A stretch of 64,000 nt of DNA from Porphyridium purpureum. Lineage: Eukaryota. The notes beneath the pieces were generated by a model. It saw only the letters and a program-made list of their open reading frames with translations, was not told where the DNA came from and did no database searches. Each line of letters starts with the position of its first letter. Position 1 is the stretch's first letter. Made by a program: the position numbers and the translations under genes. The stretch covers positions 2,170,001 to 2,234,000 of the forward strand of contig VRMN01000001.1 in the NCBI GenBank assembly GCA_008690995.1, read 5' to 3'. Shown in pieces: positions 10,350 to 20,293 of this stretch.

Positions 10350-13300
10350 AAAGGTTCCTCGGACAGTCAGAGGGAAAGGAGGCTCGCAGGCGTTACGAGA
10401 CCTCTAGGGGCGGCAATGAAGACCGCTGTGGTGGCCTTGGTAAGCCAAGGTCTGGCTGTCCGACACCTTGTGGGCGAAACTCGAGCGCAAATCAGCCCGT
10501 GATCAAGGAACTTGGAGGGATGGGAGCTGCCATGCTTCTTCGAGTTCGAGGAAAAGTGCACAAGTCCGACGGAGAGGCCGCGTTTTTGATTGACAGTGGC
10601 GCGACGGACAACTTCATGAGCGTGGACTTTGTGCTGAAATCCGACGGCCTGAAGCAGAAGGCGTCGTGGAAGAGAGATCATGTGACCCTAGCGGATGGGT
10701 CTGTATTGGAAACAGCCGGAGAAGTTTCCAATGTCAAGTTTGAACTGAGCGATGGGTACTCAGGGGCCGCTAACTTTGCCATTTGCCGGATTGCGGGACA
10801 AGACGCAATCTTGGGCATGGAGTGGCTGAAGCGGGAGAACCCAGTGATTGATTGGCAGTCTGGCATGTTGGCCTACGGAGAGAAGAAGGCCTGGAGCATG
10901 ACGCAGATGCTGGTGCCGCGGAAAGAGCTCCGTCGGCTGTTGAAGAGTCAGGAGGTAGAAGAGTGCTACCTCGGCGTGCTGAAAGGAAGGGAGGAGCCCT
11001 GTTCAGTGGAGCGCAAAGGAGATGACTCTGTGAAGAAGATGCTCAAAGATTTCGAAAGTCTGTTCGAGGAGCCGCGAGGGCTGCCTGAGAGCCGAACAGT
11101 GGAGCATGTGATTAGGCTGAAAGATGAGAAGCCTGTGAGAGTGGGCAGGGTCTACCGACTGAGCCCTGCGGAGTTGAAAGTCCTCCGAGAGACTTTGGAT
11201 GACTTGCTGGATAAGGGATTCGTCCAGCCGAGTCAGAGCCCCTTTGGAGCACCCGTGCTGTTCGTGAAGAAGAAAGACGGCAGCATGAGGATGTGCGTCG
11301 ATTATCGGGCGTTGAACGACGCAACTGTGAAGGACCGGTATCCGTTGCCGAACATGGATGAGTTGCTGGATCGACTGGGCGCAGCTCACTGTTTCTCAAA
11401 GTTGGATTTGGCATCGGGATACCACCAGTTGCGTGTTCGGAGAGAGGACGTGCCGAAGACCGCGTTCCAGACCAGGTACGGACAGTTCGAGTTCCGTGTG
11501 ATGCCGTTTGGTCTTTGCAACGCGCCGGCAACTTTTCAGAGGGCCATGAACGAGCTGTTTGCAGATCTGCTGGACAAGACCGTCATTGTCTACTTGGACG
11601 ATATTTTGGTCTTTACCAAGGATAGGCAGTCGCACGGCGAGGTCCTGAAGGAAGTGTTGTCGCGCTTGCAAAAGGCAGGGTATCGGTTGAAGCGCAAGAA
11701 GTGCAGCTTCTTCGTTTCTGAAGTCGAATACCTGGGGAACATTGTCGGCAACGGTTGCGTGAAGATGGATCCACGGAAGGTGGAAGCTTTGAGAGATTGG
11801 CCAGTGCCAAAGACGGTGACGGAGTTGAGATCCTTTTTGGGAATGACAAACTGGTTTCGCAGGTTTGTCAAAGGATACTCTACCGTCGTGGCGCCGCTGA
11901 CTTCGCTGTTGCAGAACGCAAAGTCGAAGAAGCAGCTGATCGAACTGGGAGATGAAGGCAAATCGGCCTTCAAGAAGATTGTCGGGATGTTGACGGAAGC
12001 GCCGGTGTTGGCCTTGCCAGACCCTGAAAAGCCATTTGAGGTGTACACGGACCGCTCTGAAGTCGCGGTGGGGGGATGGCTGGCACAGGAAGGCAGACCG
12101 GTCGCGTTTACGTCGAGGAAGCTGCTGGACCGAGAGACCAGGTACAGCAGCTATGAAGGTGAGCTCATGGCCGTCATTCACTGTCTGCGAGAGTTTCGAC
12201 CTTATCTGTACGGGGCAAAGTTTGTGCTTCACACAGATCATGAGGCGTTGAAACATCTGATGACGCAGAAGGAGCTGAATGGCCGGCAAGCACGGTGGTT
12301 GGACTTTTTGGCCGAGTTTGATATCACAATCGACTATGTGAAGGGAAAGTCGAACGTGGTGGCCGATGCTTTGTCGAGAAAGCCAGAGTTGCATGCGCTA
12401 GAGTACCAAGTTCGGTGTGATGAATTTGGTGCGGGGTTCCAGGCATTCGTGGGTTCGTACTCGAGTGACCCAGACTTTGGTGCTTTGATGGGGGATTTAC
12501 CGACCCACCAAGGCTTTCGAACCGAAGCTGGGCTCTTGTACTTGAGGAATCGCGTTTGCGTGCCGAGGAAGTTCAGAGAGCGTGTCATGCAGCTCCACCA
12601 CGATATCCCGACAGCAGGACACCGTGGAGCCGACACGACGTATGCATCTTTGATCACTCGCTTCTACTGGCCAAAGATGAAGCGAGACGTGAGCCGTTTT
12701 GTGAAGACTTGTCACGCGTGCCAAGTGACAAAGTCTGAGAATCGGTCGTTTGGAAAGCTGAAGCCCTTGTCGATCCCAGAAGGACCTTGGGTCGACATTT
12801 CGATGGACTTTGTGACGGAGCTGCCTCGGAGCGAAGGCAGCTGTGATGCAATCATGACTGTGGTGGATCGCTATTCGAAGATGGCGCTGTTTATCCCGAC
12901 GCGCAAGGACTTGACAGCAAAACGTTGTGCTGACTTGTTCGTGAAGCACGTCGTGAGCCGTTTCGGATACCCCAAGTCAATTGTATCGGACCGAGATCCG
13001 CTGTTTACGTCCACGTTTTGGCAGCAGTTGAGCAAGCGGGTGGGCATGAAGTTGGCTATGTCTGCCGCCAACCACCCGCAGACTGATGGCCAAACTGAGC
13101 GAGTGAACCGGGTGATTCGGGAAATGCTCAAGTTAATGGCGACGAATAGTGGCTGGGTGCGAGACTTGCCGTTGTACGAGTTTGCGTACAACTCTGCACC
13201 AAGCAGTGCCACTGGATTCGCGCCGTTCAAAGTGGTATATGGAAGGGATCCTTGGTTTCCACCGAGCGAAAGGTGGAGGCCTGCGCGCGACGGACAGACA

Positions 13301-13726
13301 AAGGACATGGCGGAGCACTGGTTTCGCCTGTGCAAAGTCCATGAAGAAGTCCGCGACAATTTGATCGAAGCCCAGGGGAGAATGCAGAAGTTCTTCGATC
13401 GACGCAAGGATGCCCGGGAGTTTCAAGTTGGTGATCAAGTGTTGATCACGGCGCCGCAATTGCGGCCGAACAAGAGTGATTTGGCGGCACCAAAGTTTCT
13501 TGGTCCGGTGCCTGTCATTGAGAAGGTAAGCTCGCATGCTTACCGAGTGATTTTGCCCGAGGGTGTGGCTTGTCATGATGTTTTTCCGATCCAACATCTG
13601 AAGCCATACTATGGACGCGAAGACTACATGGCAGGGGAAAATGATGAAGAAGTACCCGACGAAATGCCGGCGTCCGATTCTGAGCCAGACTTGTTGAAAA
13701 TTATCGAAGAGTCTGACTCTGAATGA
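10328..13726 (+). CDS. Element C Pol (PR-RT-RH-INT), reached by -1 frameshift at A AAA AAC (10328-10334)
   Basis: LIDSGAT, LDLASGYHQ, MPFGLCNAP, YLDD, TDHEAL, HHCC, SMDFV, SDRD, GQTER, GPY/F-like motif. The ORF is intact. Confidence 0.93.
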   Translation, partial: KKRGARVERFLGQSEGKEARRRYETSRGGNEDRCGGLGKPRSGCPTPCGRNSSANQPVIKELGGMGAAMLLRVRGKVHKSDGEAAFLIDSGATDNFMSVDFVLKSDGLKQKASWKRDHVTLADGSVLETAGEVSNVKFELSDGYSGAANFAICRIAGQDAILGMEWLKRENPVIDWQSGMLAYGEKKAWSMTQMLVPRKELRRLLKSQEVEECYLGVLKGREEPCSVERKGDDSVKKMLKDFESLFEEPRGLPESRTVEHVIRLKDEKPVRVGRVYRLSPAELKVLRETLDDLLDKGFVQPSQSPFGAPVLFVKKKDGSMRMCVDYRALNDATVKDRYPLPNMDELLDRLGAAHCFSKLDLASGYHQLRVRREDVPKTAFQTRYGQFEFRVMPFGLCNAPATFQRAMNELFADLLDKTVIVYLDDILVFTKDRQSHGEVLKEVLSRLQKAGYRLKRKKCSFFVSEVEYLGNIVGNGCVKMDPRKVEALRDWPVPKTVTELRSFLGMTNWFRRFVKGYSTVVAPLTSLLQNAKSKKQLIELGDEGKSAFKKIVGMLTEAPVLALPDPEKPFEVYTDRSEVAVGGWLAQEGRPVAFTSRKLLDRETRYSSYEGELMAVIHCLREFRPYLYGAKFVLHTDHEALKHLMTQKELNGRQARWLDFLAEFDITIDYVKGKSNVVADALSRKPELHALEYQVRCDEFGAGFQAFVGSYSSDPDFGALMGDLPTHQGFRTEAGLLYLRNRVCVPRKFRERVMQLHHDIPTAGHRGADTTYASLITRFYWPKMKRDVSRFVKTCHACQVTKSENRSFGKLKPLSIPEGPWVDISMDFVTELPRSEGSCDAIMTVVDRYSKMALFIPTRKDLTAKRCADLFVKHVVSRFGYPKSIVSDRDPLFTSTFWQQLSKRVGMKLAMSAANHPQTDGQTERVNRVIREMLKLMATNSGWVRDLPLYEFAYNSAPSSATGFAPFKVVYGRDPWFPPSERWRPARDGQTKDMAEHWFRLCKVHEEVRDNLIEAQGRMQKFFDRRKDAREFQVGDQVLITAPQLRPNKSDLAAPKFLGPVPVIEKVSSHAYRVILPEGVACHDVFPIQHLKPYYGREDYMAGENDEEVPDEMPASDSEPDLLKIIEESDSE

Positions 13727-13845
13727 CTTGGGAATTGTGAGAAGTTTGCTAGGCAGAGGTTTTCTCCCGGAGCGCGGGTTCCTCGAGCCAAGAATGCAAC
13801 TTAGTTTGAAGTCTCGCCGAGACGTCGAGCCAAGAGGGGGGGAGA

Positions 13846-14143
13846 TGTTATCCGTTCGACCCCAGTCACCTAGAACGGTTCGGTTAATCCGAAACCGGTA
13901 AGCCGTTAAACCGGTAGACCGTTTAACCGTTTCTAGAAGCTTCTAGAGGTTCCAGAACCTTCTAGACGCGCGCAGAAATGCCAAAGGTTTGCATTGTCAT
14001 TTCTCTTGGCGCCTTGCTGTCCTTGGCGGAAGTAAGGGTATAAAAAGGCGACGCGCCTGCCCGGACTAGCCGGTCAGGTCTTGCTCGGAGACAGAAGAGG
14101 TAAGAAAGAAGACGCAGAGAATAAAGGCACAGCATTGGTAACA
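13846..14143 (+). repeat. Element C 3' LTR
   Basis: Direct repeat of 8678-8975, preceded by the PPT. Confidence 0.95.
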
Positions 14144-14148
14144 GGGAC

Positions 14149-16116
14149 GACCAGCGCGCCGCGTTCATAGACCTACGCCATGCGCTAGGTGATCCGATGG
14201 ACGACGGTAGCGCAGTCCTGGTTGCATTCAATCCGGCCGCCGAGATGGTTCTTGAAGTCGACGCGAGCCAGGTGGGCATTGGCGCGGTCTTGCTTCAAGG
14301 GGACCAGCGGCGCCCGGTGGCCTTTTACTCAAGGGCATTCCGAGGCGCAGAGCTGAACTACAGCGTCACGGAGCAAGAGTGCTTGGGTGCCATACTATCC
14401 ATGGAAAAGTTCAGGCACTATCTGTTCGGCAAGAAGTTCATTCTCGTGACGGATCACTCGGCGCTGCTGTGGCTGCTTCGCCAGAAAGAGCCACGGGGTC
14501 GGACGGCAAGGTGGATCATGCGCGTGCAAGATTTCGAGTTTGACGTGAAGCACAAGCCAGGCGCAGCGAATATCGTGGCCGATGCGCTATCGCGTACTCC
14601 TCTGGACACTGGCACGGAAGAAGAGGTCCGGGAGGTACGGGACACGCAAGACAGTGGGGCGCTATACGCTGTGCCCACGGACGACGAGCTCAGAGCAGCG
14701 TACGCAGAGGACGAGCAAATCTGCGCGGAGCTCAAGAACCTATCAGGACCCGCGCCAAAGTACTCCTTCCCTGAGTATATCGTGGACGAAGACGGGATTG
14801 TGTTTGCGTTGCTGAAAGACATGCCCAGGCGGGTGGTCCCTGACGCGCTTGTGTCGGCAGTTCTCAACGTCTATCACGGAGCCCCGCTGTCAGCTCACAT
14901 GGGGACGGCGAGGACGGCGGCGAGGATAGCCGACGCGCAGTGGTGGTGGCCCGGGTGGACAGAAGACGTTCGGAAGTTCGTTCGGTGCTGCCACGAGTGC
15001 ATAGCGCGCAAGGCACCACCACCCCGCCGGAACGCGGCGATGGTGCAGTACTCGGCGTCCAGACGCTTTGAAATTGTAGGCATGGACATCCTCACCATCA
15101 GTCCGGAGACGCGAACGGGAAATATCAAGGTGCTCGTCATGATGGATGCTTGGACGCGATGGGCGGTTGCCGTGGCGCTCCCGGACGAGAAGGCAGAGAC
15201 CGTGGCGCGGAGTTTCCTGCAGACGTGGTTGACTGTCTTTGGCCCGCCGGAGTCCATCTTGTCCGACCGGGGCTCAAACTTTGTCGGTGAGGTGATCACG
15301 TCGCTTTGCGCCAGACTCGGAATCCGGAGGCTCATGACGACAGCCTACCACCCGCAGACGAACGGAAGGGTGGAGCGCTTCAATGCGACCCTGTGCAAGA
15401 TGCTGTCGGCGTACGTCAGTGCAAGCTCGCGCGACTGGGATAGGTGGCTGTCCGTTGTAACCTACGCGTACAACACGTCGCGCCACGCAGCCACCGGCTT
15501 CTCGCCGTACGAAATGATGTTTGGGTCGCCAGCCAAGGACTGGGCAAGCATGGCCGGACCGCGAGCGGTTGAAGGGGGCCAGCAACCGCAAGATATCTCC
15601 GCACAGCTGGCGCGCGCCTATCGGCTCGCCGGGAATAAGATGTCGGAGAACGCCGAGAGGTTTGCAAGGTACTATGACAGAAACATTCATCGGAACAAGG
15701 AAACGTTTGCCGAGGGCGACATCGTATACGTGTGGTGCCCAAGTACGAGGCAGGGTCGCAAGCTGACAAAGCCGTGGCTCGGACCTTTCCGCATCACAAA
15801 GCGGAACGGGGTTCACGCAGTCGTGGTCAGCGCAAACGGCCGAGATGACGCAGAGCTCCATGGCCAGCTCGTGCATGTGAACCGCTTGCACAAGGCAGAC
15901 CCGGACGTGGTAGACATGGCCGGCACGAACGTGTTCGCTGGAGGAGATGCAAGTTGGGTGGTGGAGGCAATTGTGGAAGATCGGGCTGCGGGTGGAGGCC
16001 GCGAGTACAAGGTGAGATGGCGGGGTATGGGGAAGCGAGGCGACACATGGGAGGCTGAGAAGACGCTCCCGCCCATGCTGGTAGCCGCGTACCGAGACAT
16101 GGCAGAAGGTGTTTGA
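14149..16116 (+). CDS. Element B Pol, 3' part (RNase H, integrase, chromodomain)
   Basis: In frame with the 5' part once C is removed (RFGD|DQRAAF). VDASQVGIG, TDHSAL, SDRGSNF, NGRVERFN, and chromodomain WVVEAIV...YKVRWRG...TWE at 15955-16098. Confidence 0.93.
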   Translation, partial: DQRAAFIDLRHALGDPMDDGSAVLVAFNPAAEMVLEVDASQVGIGAVLLQGDQRRPVAFYSRAFRGAELNYSVTEQECLGAILSMEKFRHYLFGKKFILVTDHSALLWLLRQKEPRGRTARWIMRVQDFEFDVKHKPGAANIVADALSRTPLDTGTEEEVREVRDTQDSGALYAVPTDDELRAAYAEDEQICAELKNLSGPAPKYSFPEYIVDEDGIVFALLKDMPRRVVPDALVSAVLNVYHGAPLSAHMGTARTAARIADAQWWWPGWTEDVRKFVRCCHECIARKAPPPRRNAAMVQYSASRRFEIVGMDILTISPETRTGNIKVLVMMDAWTRWAVAVALPDEKAETVARSFLQTWLTVFGPPESILSDRGSNFVGEVITSLCARLGIRRLMTTAYHPQTNGRVERFNATLCKMLSAYVSASSRDWDRWLSVVTYAYNTSRHAATGFSPYEMMFGSPAKDWASMAGPRAVEGGQQPQDISAQLARAYRLAGNKMSENAERFARYYDRNIHRNKETFAEGDIVYVWCPSTRQGRKLTKPWLGPFRITKRNGVHAVVVSANGRDDAELHGQLVHVNRLHKADPDVVDMAGTNVFAGGDASWVVEAIVEDRAAGGGREYKVRWRGMGKRGDTWEAEKTLPPMLVAAYRDMAEGV

Positions 16117-16163
16117 CGCTGGGTGGCTATCGGCCGTCGCTGCTCTCAAAAAAAATGTTCGAA

Positions 16164-16316
16164 TAAAGATGGAGTGTCCGTGGCTGGACGGTAAAGAAGG
16201 AGCTGGGTCCGTTGCTGGACTATAAAGAAGGAGCTGTGTCCGTTGCTGGACATTAAAGAAGGAGCTGTGTCCATGGCTGGACGGTAAAGAAGGAGCCGTG
16301 CCCGCAGCAAGACGGT
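16164..16316 (+). repeat. About 5 copies of a ~31-bp tandem repeat in the element B 3' UTR
   Basis: Unit TAAAGAAGGAGCTGTGTCCGTTGCTGGACNN, head-to-tail and degenerate. Confidence 0.85.
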
Positions 16317-16824
16317 AGAACGAATGATAAAGAACAAAATGAAGTACAGTCTGTGTACAGTGAAGTACAGTAATACTGTACCTGAGTCCATATTTGGGGG
16401 TGTATATACTCTAAATTTCGGCAGTTTGGCAAACGAGAATTGAAGAGGATCTTAGGCACTCCCTGATTAGAGAAAACTGCCCCTGTGAAATGCTGGGGAT
16501 CCGTGGCTAGGGTAATTCCCCGGGGTGACATTGGGCAGAGCCGTAACAGCGCACCTTTCCTTTAAGGTTAGCGGGGGAGGGGGATGGCAGCCTGTACGGG
16601 GTCTTGTCAGTGGGCGTCACTTGTGAGCGGCACCGGCCACCTTATTTTTTTGGCCCTGTTGCTGGCACTGTACCCTGTCAGCTTACACTGTACTTCGTCC
16701 GCTCGATCTCAGCTCATTGTGCTTGAACCTGTTGAGCGGCACGGGAACGGCTGCTATGCATGCGGCGCGTGGGCTTAGAACACGCTATCGCAATGGTCGC
16801 TGTGGATAAGCGGGAAGTGTGGGA

Positions 16825-17116
16825 TGTCGCGAGCGACCTGATGCAGGTCTCAGTACAGCGAGTACGCAGAGGTACAGTCCCTAAGTGTACTGAAAGTACA
16901 GCTGTGGGTGTACCGTGTGGTACAGCTGAGTTATGTTGAGGGCCGCGGGATTGGGTTATTCCGAGGGCTGAACCCGCCGGGCAAGCCGTTGCGGCGCCGG
17001 AAGGCGGGTATAAAACAGAGCGAGCGGCAGCCGAACGAAGAAAAAAGGCTAGGAAGAAGAGAGGAGGTAGAGGAGGAGAGAAGAAGAAGTAAAGAAAAGA
17101 AGCTCCGTTTGTGACA
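16825..17116 (+). repeat. Element B 3' LTR
   Basis: Direct repeat of 5420-5711. Confidence 0.95.
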
Positions 17117-17120
17117 AAGG

Positions 17121-19242
17121 CGGTCATGTGCAAGAAACGTATGACGTTGGTCCTGAAGTCACCGGCTCGGATGGTGTCCAGAGCAACGCGGTGCAAGACG
17201 TATCGGCTATAGGGGCCGACGATGCACGCGTGAAAAGAAATAGCCGAGACGGCCGATCGTTGAAAGGGTGCTGGAGTGACCAGCAATGCGCTGCCATCAA
17301 CGAAGGTTTTGCACGTTTAGGTCCGAAATGGTCGCGCATTGTGCAGGAAAGTGGAGCCGTGTTGGCAAGCAGGTCAGCGAAGGATGTGCGCTCGAAGGCG
17401 CAGGCGCTCGGGTTGCTCGGCTCGGAGGCGCAAGGCCTCGGCGAACACAGGCGTGGCAAAAGCGGGTCTTTGCGACGTGCAAGGATTAAATCTGTGGATC
17501 AAGCTCAAAAGCGCGTGACGGCGCGCGCGGAGAACGTGAGTATACCGTTTGTCGGGACCACTGCGTTAGTGAACGAGTTACTCGTGACAGAAGTCATCGA
17601 ACCCACACGCGCGATGGCCTCCGAGGCTGGACGCGAGGCTTTCGTTCGTGAGTTAAACGCCTTGCGATCCGTCGGCGCGCTTCCCTTGAACAAGGCCGTT
17701 GAACATACGTCGGCGGTGAATATTCGAGGGGCACAATTTGTGAAGTTGAAAGCAATCTTTGGCATCAAGAATTCTGAACTCGGTCAAGCCGCAAGGAAGC
17801 ATAAGTGCCGTTTGGTTTGTCAGGGATGTGTAGTCAAGGATGCGTATGGCGGCTTGGTCGAAGACCCGTTCGAGTGGGAGAAGCCACCAGGACTGGTGGC
17901 ATTCCGGGCGACAATGAGTGCGGCCGTTATGGAGCATGGTTCCAAAGCGGATGCGGGATTCTTTGACGTAGACAATGCGTACGTGCATGCAAAGCTTCGA
18001 GGACCCCCGACGTTTGTGGAGCTTGGTGGGTTGGTGCAATGGATCGAAGGTTGCGTAACGAAGGCGGAGCTGTTGAAGCTGAAGAAAATGAAAAGACCTG
18101 TGTTACAACTGCCGATGGCATTGTACGGATTGCCACGGTCAGGTAGTGATTTCGGAGCACATGCACGAGAGCGGCTTTTGAGCCTGGGTTGGAAAGAATC
18201 TGCTTCAGACAAGAATATTTACATGCGGACGCGTGGCGGAAAATCAGAGTGGATCGTTCTATATGTCGACGACGGCGCAGTATTTGGGGAGCGTAGCGCG
18301 GTGCGAAAGGCGATATCGGAGGTCAAGACTGTATTTACGATATCGCGAGCAGCGACCTATGTGACTGAGGCGAACAGAACGAAGCCCGTGCGATTCCTCG
18401 GAATCAGTCTGTTTGCGGACGACGAAAGGAACGGCGCGTGGGTGGTAAGTTCGGCAGAATACGCCAGACACGTTGCTGCCGACATTGACACCGGAAGGTC
18501 TAGGAAGACTCCCATTGCGGTTAAGCCTGAACCAGATCCAGACGGTGAATCATGTGGAAGGGACACCAGGAGAGCACTGGGTCGATTGCTGTGGCTGGTA
18601 CGAACGACCCGGCCGGACCTGGCTTACGCCGTCGGCCTATTAGCAAGGTGCACGGATCGCTGGGGCCCAGAGGCAGAGCAAGGACTCAACCACGTGCTGC
18701 AGTATCTGCGAACGTCGGCCGAGACCGAGCTCGTGTTCGAAATGCCGGAAACCGCAGGCCGAAGAATTGAAGTAGTCTGCTACACTGACGCAGACTTTGC
18801 GGTTGAAAAATCGACAAGTGGAATGTGCGCTTTCTTCAGGTCCAATGGAACACGCCATTTGGTAGATTGGTCGAGTGGACGGCAGCGCCGTACGGCGACC
18901 TCAACAGCGGAGGCGGAGTTGATAGCAGTGCACACCGCCGTGCAGTACAGAGCCTTTCCGTTGTCCGTCTTTCTGGATGAATCGCAGCGCAGCTGGCCGG
19001 ACGTAAAAGTGTACGTGGACAACGAGACGGCGTTGAAGGCCATCGCCAAGGGCTGGAGCGACAAGATGATACACCTGCACAAAATGCAAGGGGTGAGCCT
19101 GAAGTGGCTGAACGAAATAGTCAAAGATGGCTTGGTCGTTTTCGAGTACGTCAAGAGTGCGGAAAATCTTGCGGATGGGTTCACAAAGAGCCTGTCGGCT
19201 GATGTATTCGAAAAGCAGCGTATCGGATGGGGCATCGTGTGA
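17121..19242 (+). CDS. Element A polyprotein, 3' part: Myb-like linker, Copia-type RT and RNase H
   Basis: In frame with the 5' part after removing B (DDEG|GHVQETY). FDVDNAYVH, ALYGLPRSG, LYVDD, YTDADFA, STAEAEL, NLADGFTK. Confidence 0.93.
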
Positions 19243-19284
19243 TCATGATGGTCTCACGTCCGCCGGTTGGCGCGCGAGGAGGCG

Positions 19285-19581
19285 CGTGGTAATATCGGTC
19301 ACGCTGAACCGCGGACGGCCGCTTGACACTGTATAAATGGGTCGTTAGGGACCACCACGCGACGATCCGTAGCTTAGAAGCAAGAGGCTCTCTTCGTGGG
19401 TGAGGTAAAAGTTCGTCGCGTTTCGTAGCGATTGGGAGCTAGCGGTGAGTCATCCCCGCGCCTTGTAGAGTCCGCCACGTTGTGTGGCCCACGTGTTGTT
19501 TGCATTGTTGTTTGCGTCCCACGCACCCTTCGAGCGTAGCGGCGGTCACTCACGGTCGATCCCTTGGAGCACCTCTCCAAG
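19285..19581 (+). repeat. Element A 3' LTR
   Basis: Direct repeat of 2410-2706. Confidence 0.93.
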
Positions 19582-19845
19582 AAAGTCACTGTACATCCAC
19601 GGTTCAGTTAGTGTACATCCTAACTGTACTTTGTCCTGCGGGAAACTCGGGCAGAGTTGTTGCCGGTTGCGTGCCACTTGCGCCAGCGTGGGCTGGATGG
19701 TGCAGCGCGTATATCAAGGCGCGCCGTTGGCAGTGCAGCTGTGTAGAGGCTCGTCGTAGCTGCGCCGTGACGCTCGTGACACGACCCTTGTTCTGGCTCG
19801 GGTCTGCGTTGTGCTGGTCCAAGAACTCTTTGAAGCCCGGGCGAG

Positions 19846-20127
19846 ATGGCGGGGCAGTGTCCGTACAGATGGGCCATGTACGTTCTGGCGCTCCTGAGCT
19901 CGTTGGTGGTGCTGTGTTTGAGCGTCTTTCAGGCGCAGAAGACAGCCCACCAGACACGTGCCAGGGGTAAAGGAGGAGTCGTGCAGTCCACGGAGTCCGA
20001 GGAAAAGCGGCATGTGCGCCACAGTGGGCATATGCGGTGTCCAGTGTCCGGTGTCTTGGCGAGTGGCAGCGACTCGGACGGCGCAAAATGCCCCATGGCG
20101 GCCATGATGCTCGCCGATAGCAGGTGA
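19846..20127 (+). CDS. Putative small membrane protein with three CP motifs
   Basis: 93 aa; CPY, a hydrophobic segment, CPV, CPM; occupies an otherwise empty interval. Confidence 0.4.
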   Translation: MAGQCPYRWAMYVLALLSSLVVLCLSVFQAQKTAHQTRARGKGGVVQSTESEEKRHVRHSGHMRCPVSGVLASGSDSDGAKCPMAAMMLADSR

Positions 20128-20293
20128 GGGGCTTGTTTGATTTGAAAGAACCCCTGGAACGCCCGTGCGGCTGCGAGGAAACCCGTGTCCCTCCCACGCC
20201 AACAGTTCTTCGCGCGCTTCAAAACTATGGATAGCGCTGTATTTCAGTTGACGTAACAAAGAAAAGGAAAAAAGAAATGACTTTCGTCATGTT

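Larger units (their letters stand above)
8678..14143 (+). mobile_element. Ty3/Gypsy LTR retrotransposon C (chromovirus-like RT/INT, no chromodomain), nested in B pol
   Basis: 298-bp TG...CA LTRs 8678-8975 and 13846-14143 with 3 mismatches. TSD GGGAC at 8673-8677 and 14144-14148. PBS TGGTATCATCG at 8978; PPT AAGAGGGGGGGAGA at 13832-13845. Confidence 0.96.
5420..17116 (+). mobile_element. Ty3/Gypsy LTR retrotransposon B with chromodomain, nested in A; 6226 bp after removing C
   Basis: 292-bp TG...CA LTRs 5420-5711 and 16825-17116 with no mismatch seen. 4-bp TSD AAGG at 5416-5419 and 17117-17120. Order gag, PR-RT-RH-INT-CHD. Confidence 0.95.
2410..19581 (+). mobile_element. LTR retrotransposon A (Copia domain order, Gypsy-like Gag/PR); 5471 bp after removing nested B and C
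   Basis: 297-bp LTRs 2410-2706 and 19285-19581 with no mismatch seen. TSD AAAGT at 2405-2409 and 19582-19586. PBS at 2707. Order gag-PR-INT-RT-RH. Confidence 0.95.

Noticed and set aside
13600..13726. Chromodomain at the end of C integrase
   Set aside because: Only a short acidic tail follows the GPY/F-like motif.
16164..16316. Possible CRISPR array (also 53211-53396)
   Set aside because: Head-to-tail repeats without unique spacers, no cas genes, eukaryotic context.
16461..16500. Hammerhead-like CTGA...GAAA in the B 3' UTR
   Set aside because: CTGATTA does not match the CUGANGA core and flanking stems are not evident.
2412..19579. Canonical TG...CA boundaries for element A
   Set aside because: The flanks (AGTCG / AGAAA) give no TSD; a TSD appears only with the 2-nt extended ends, as in D.
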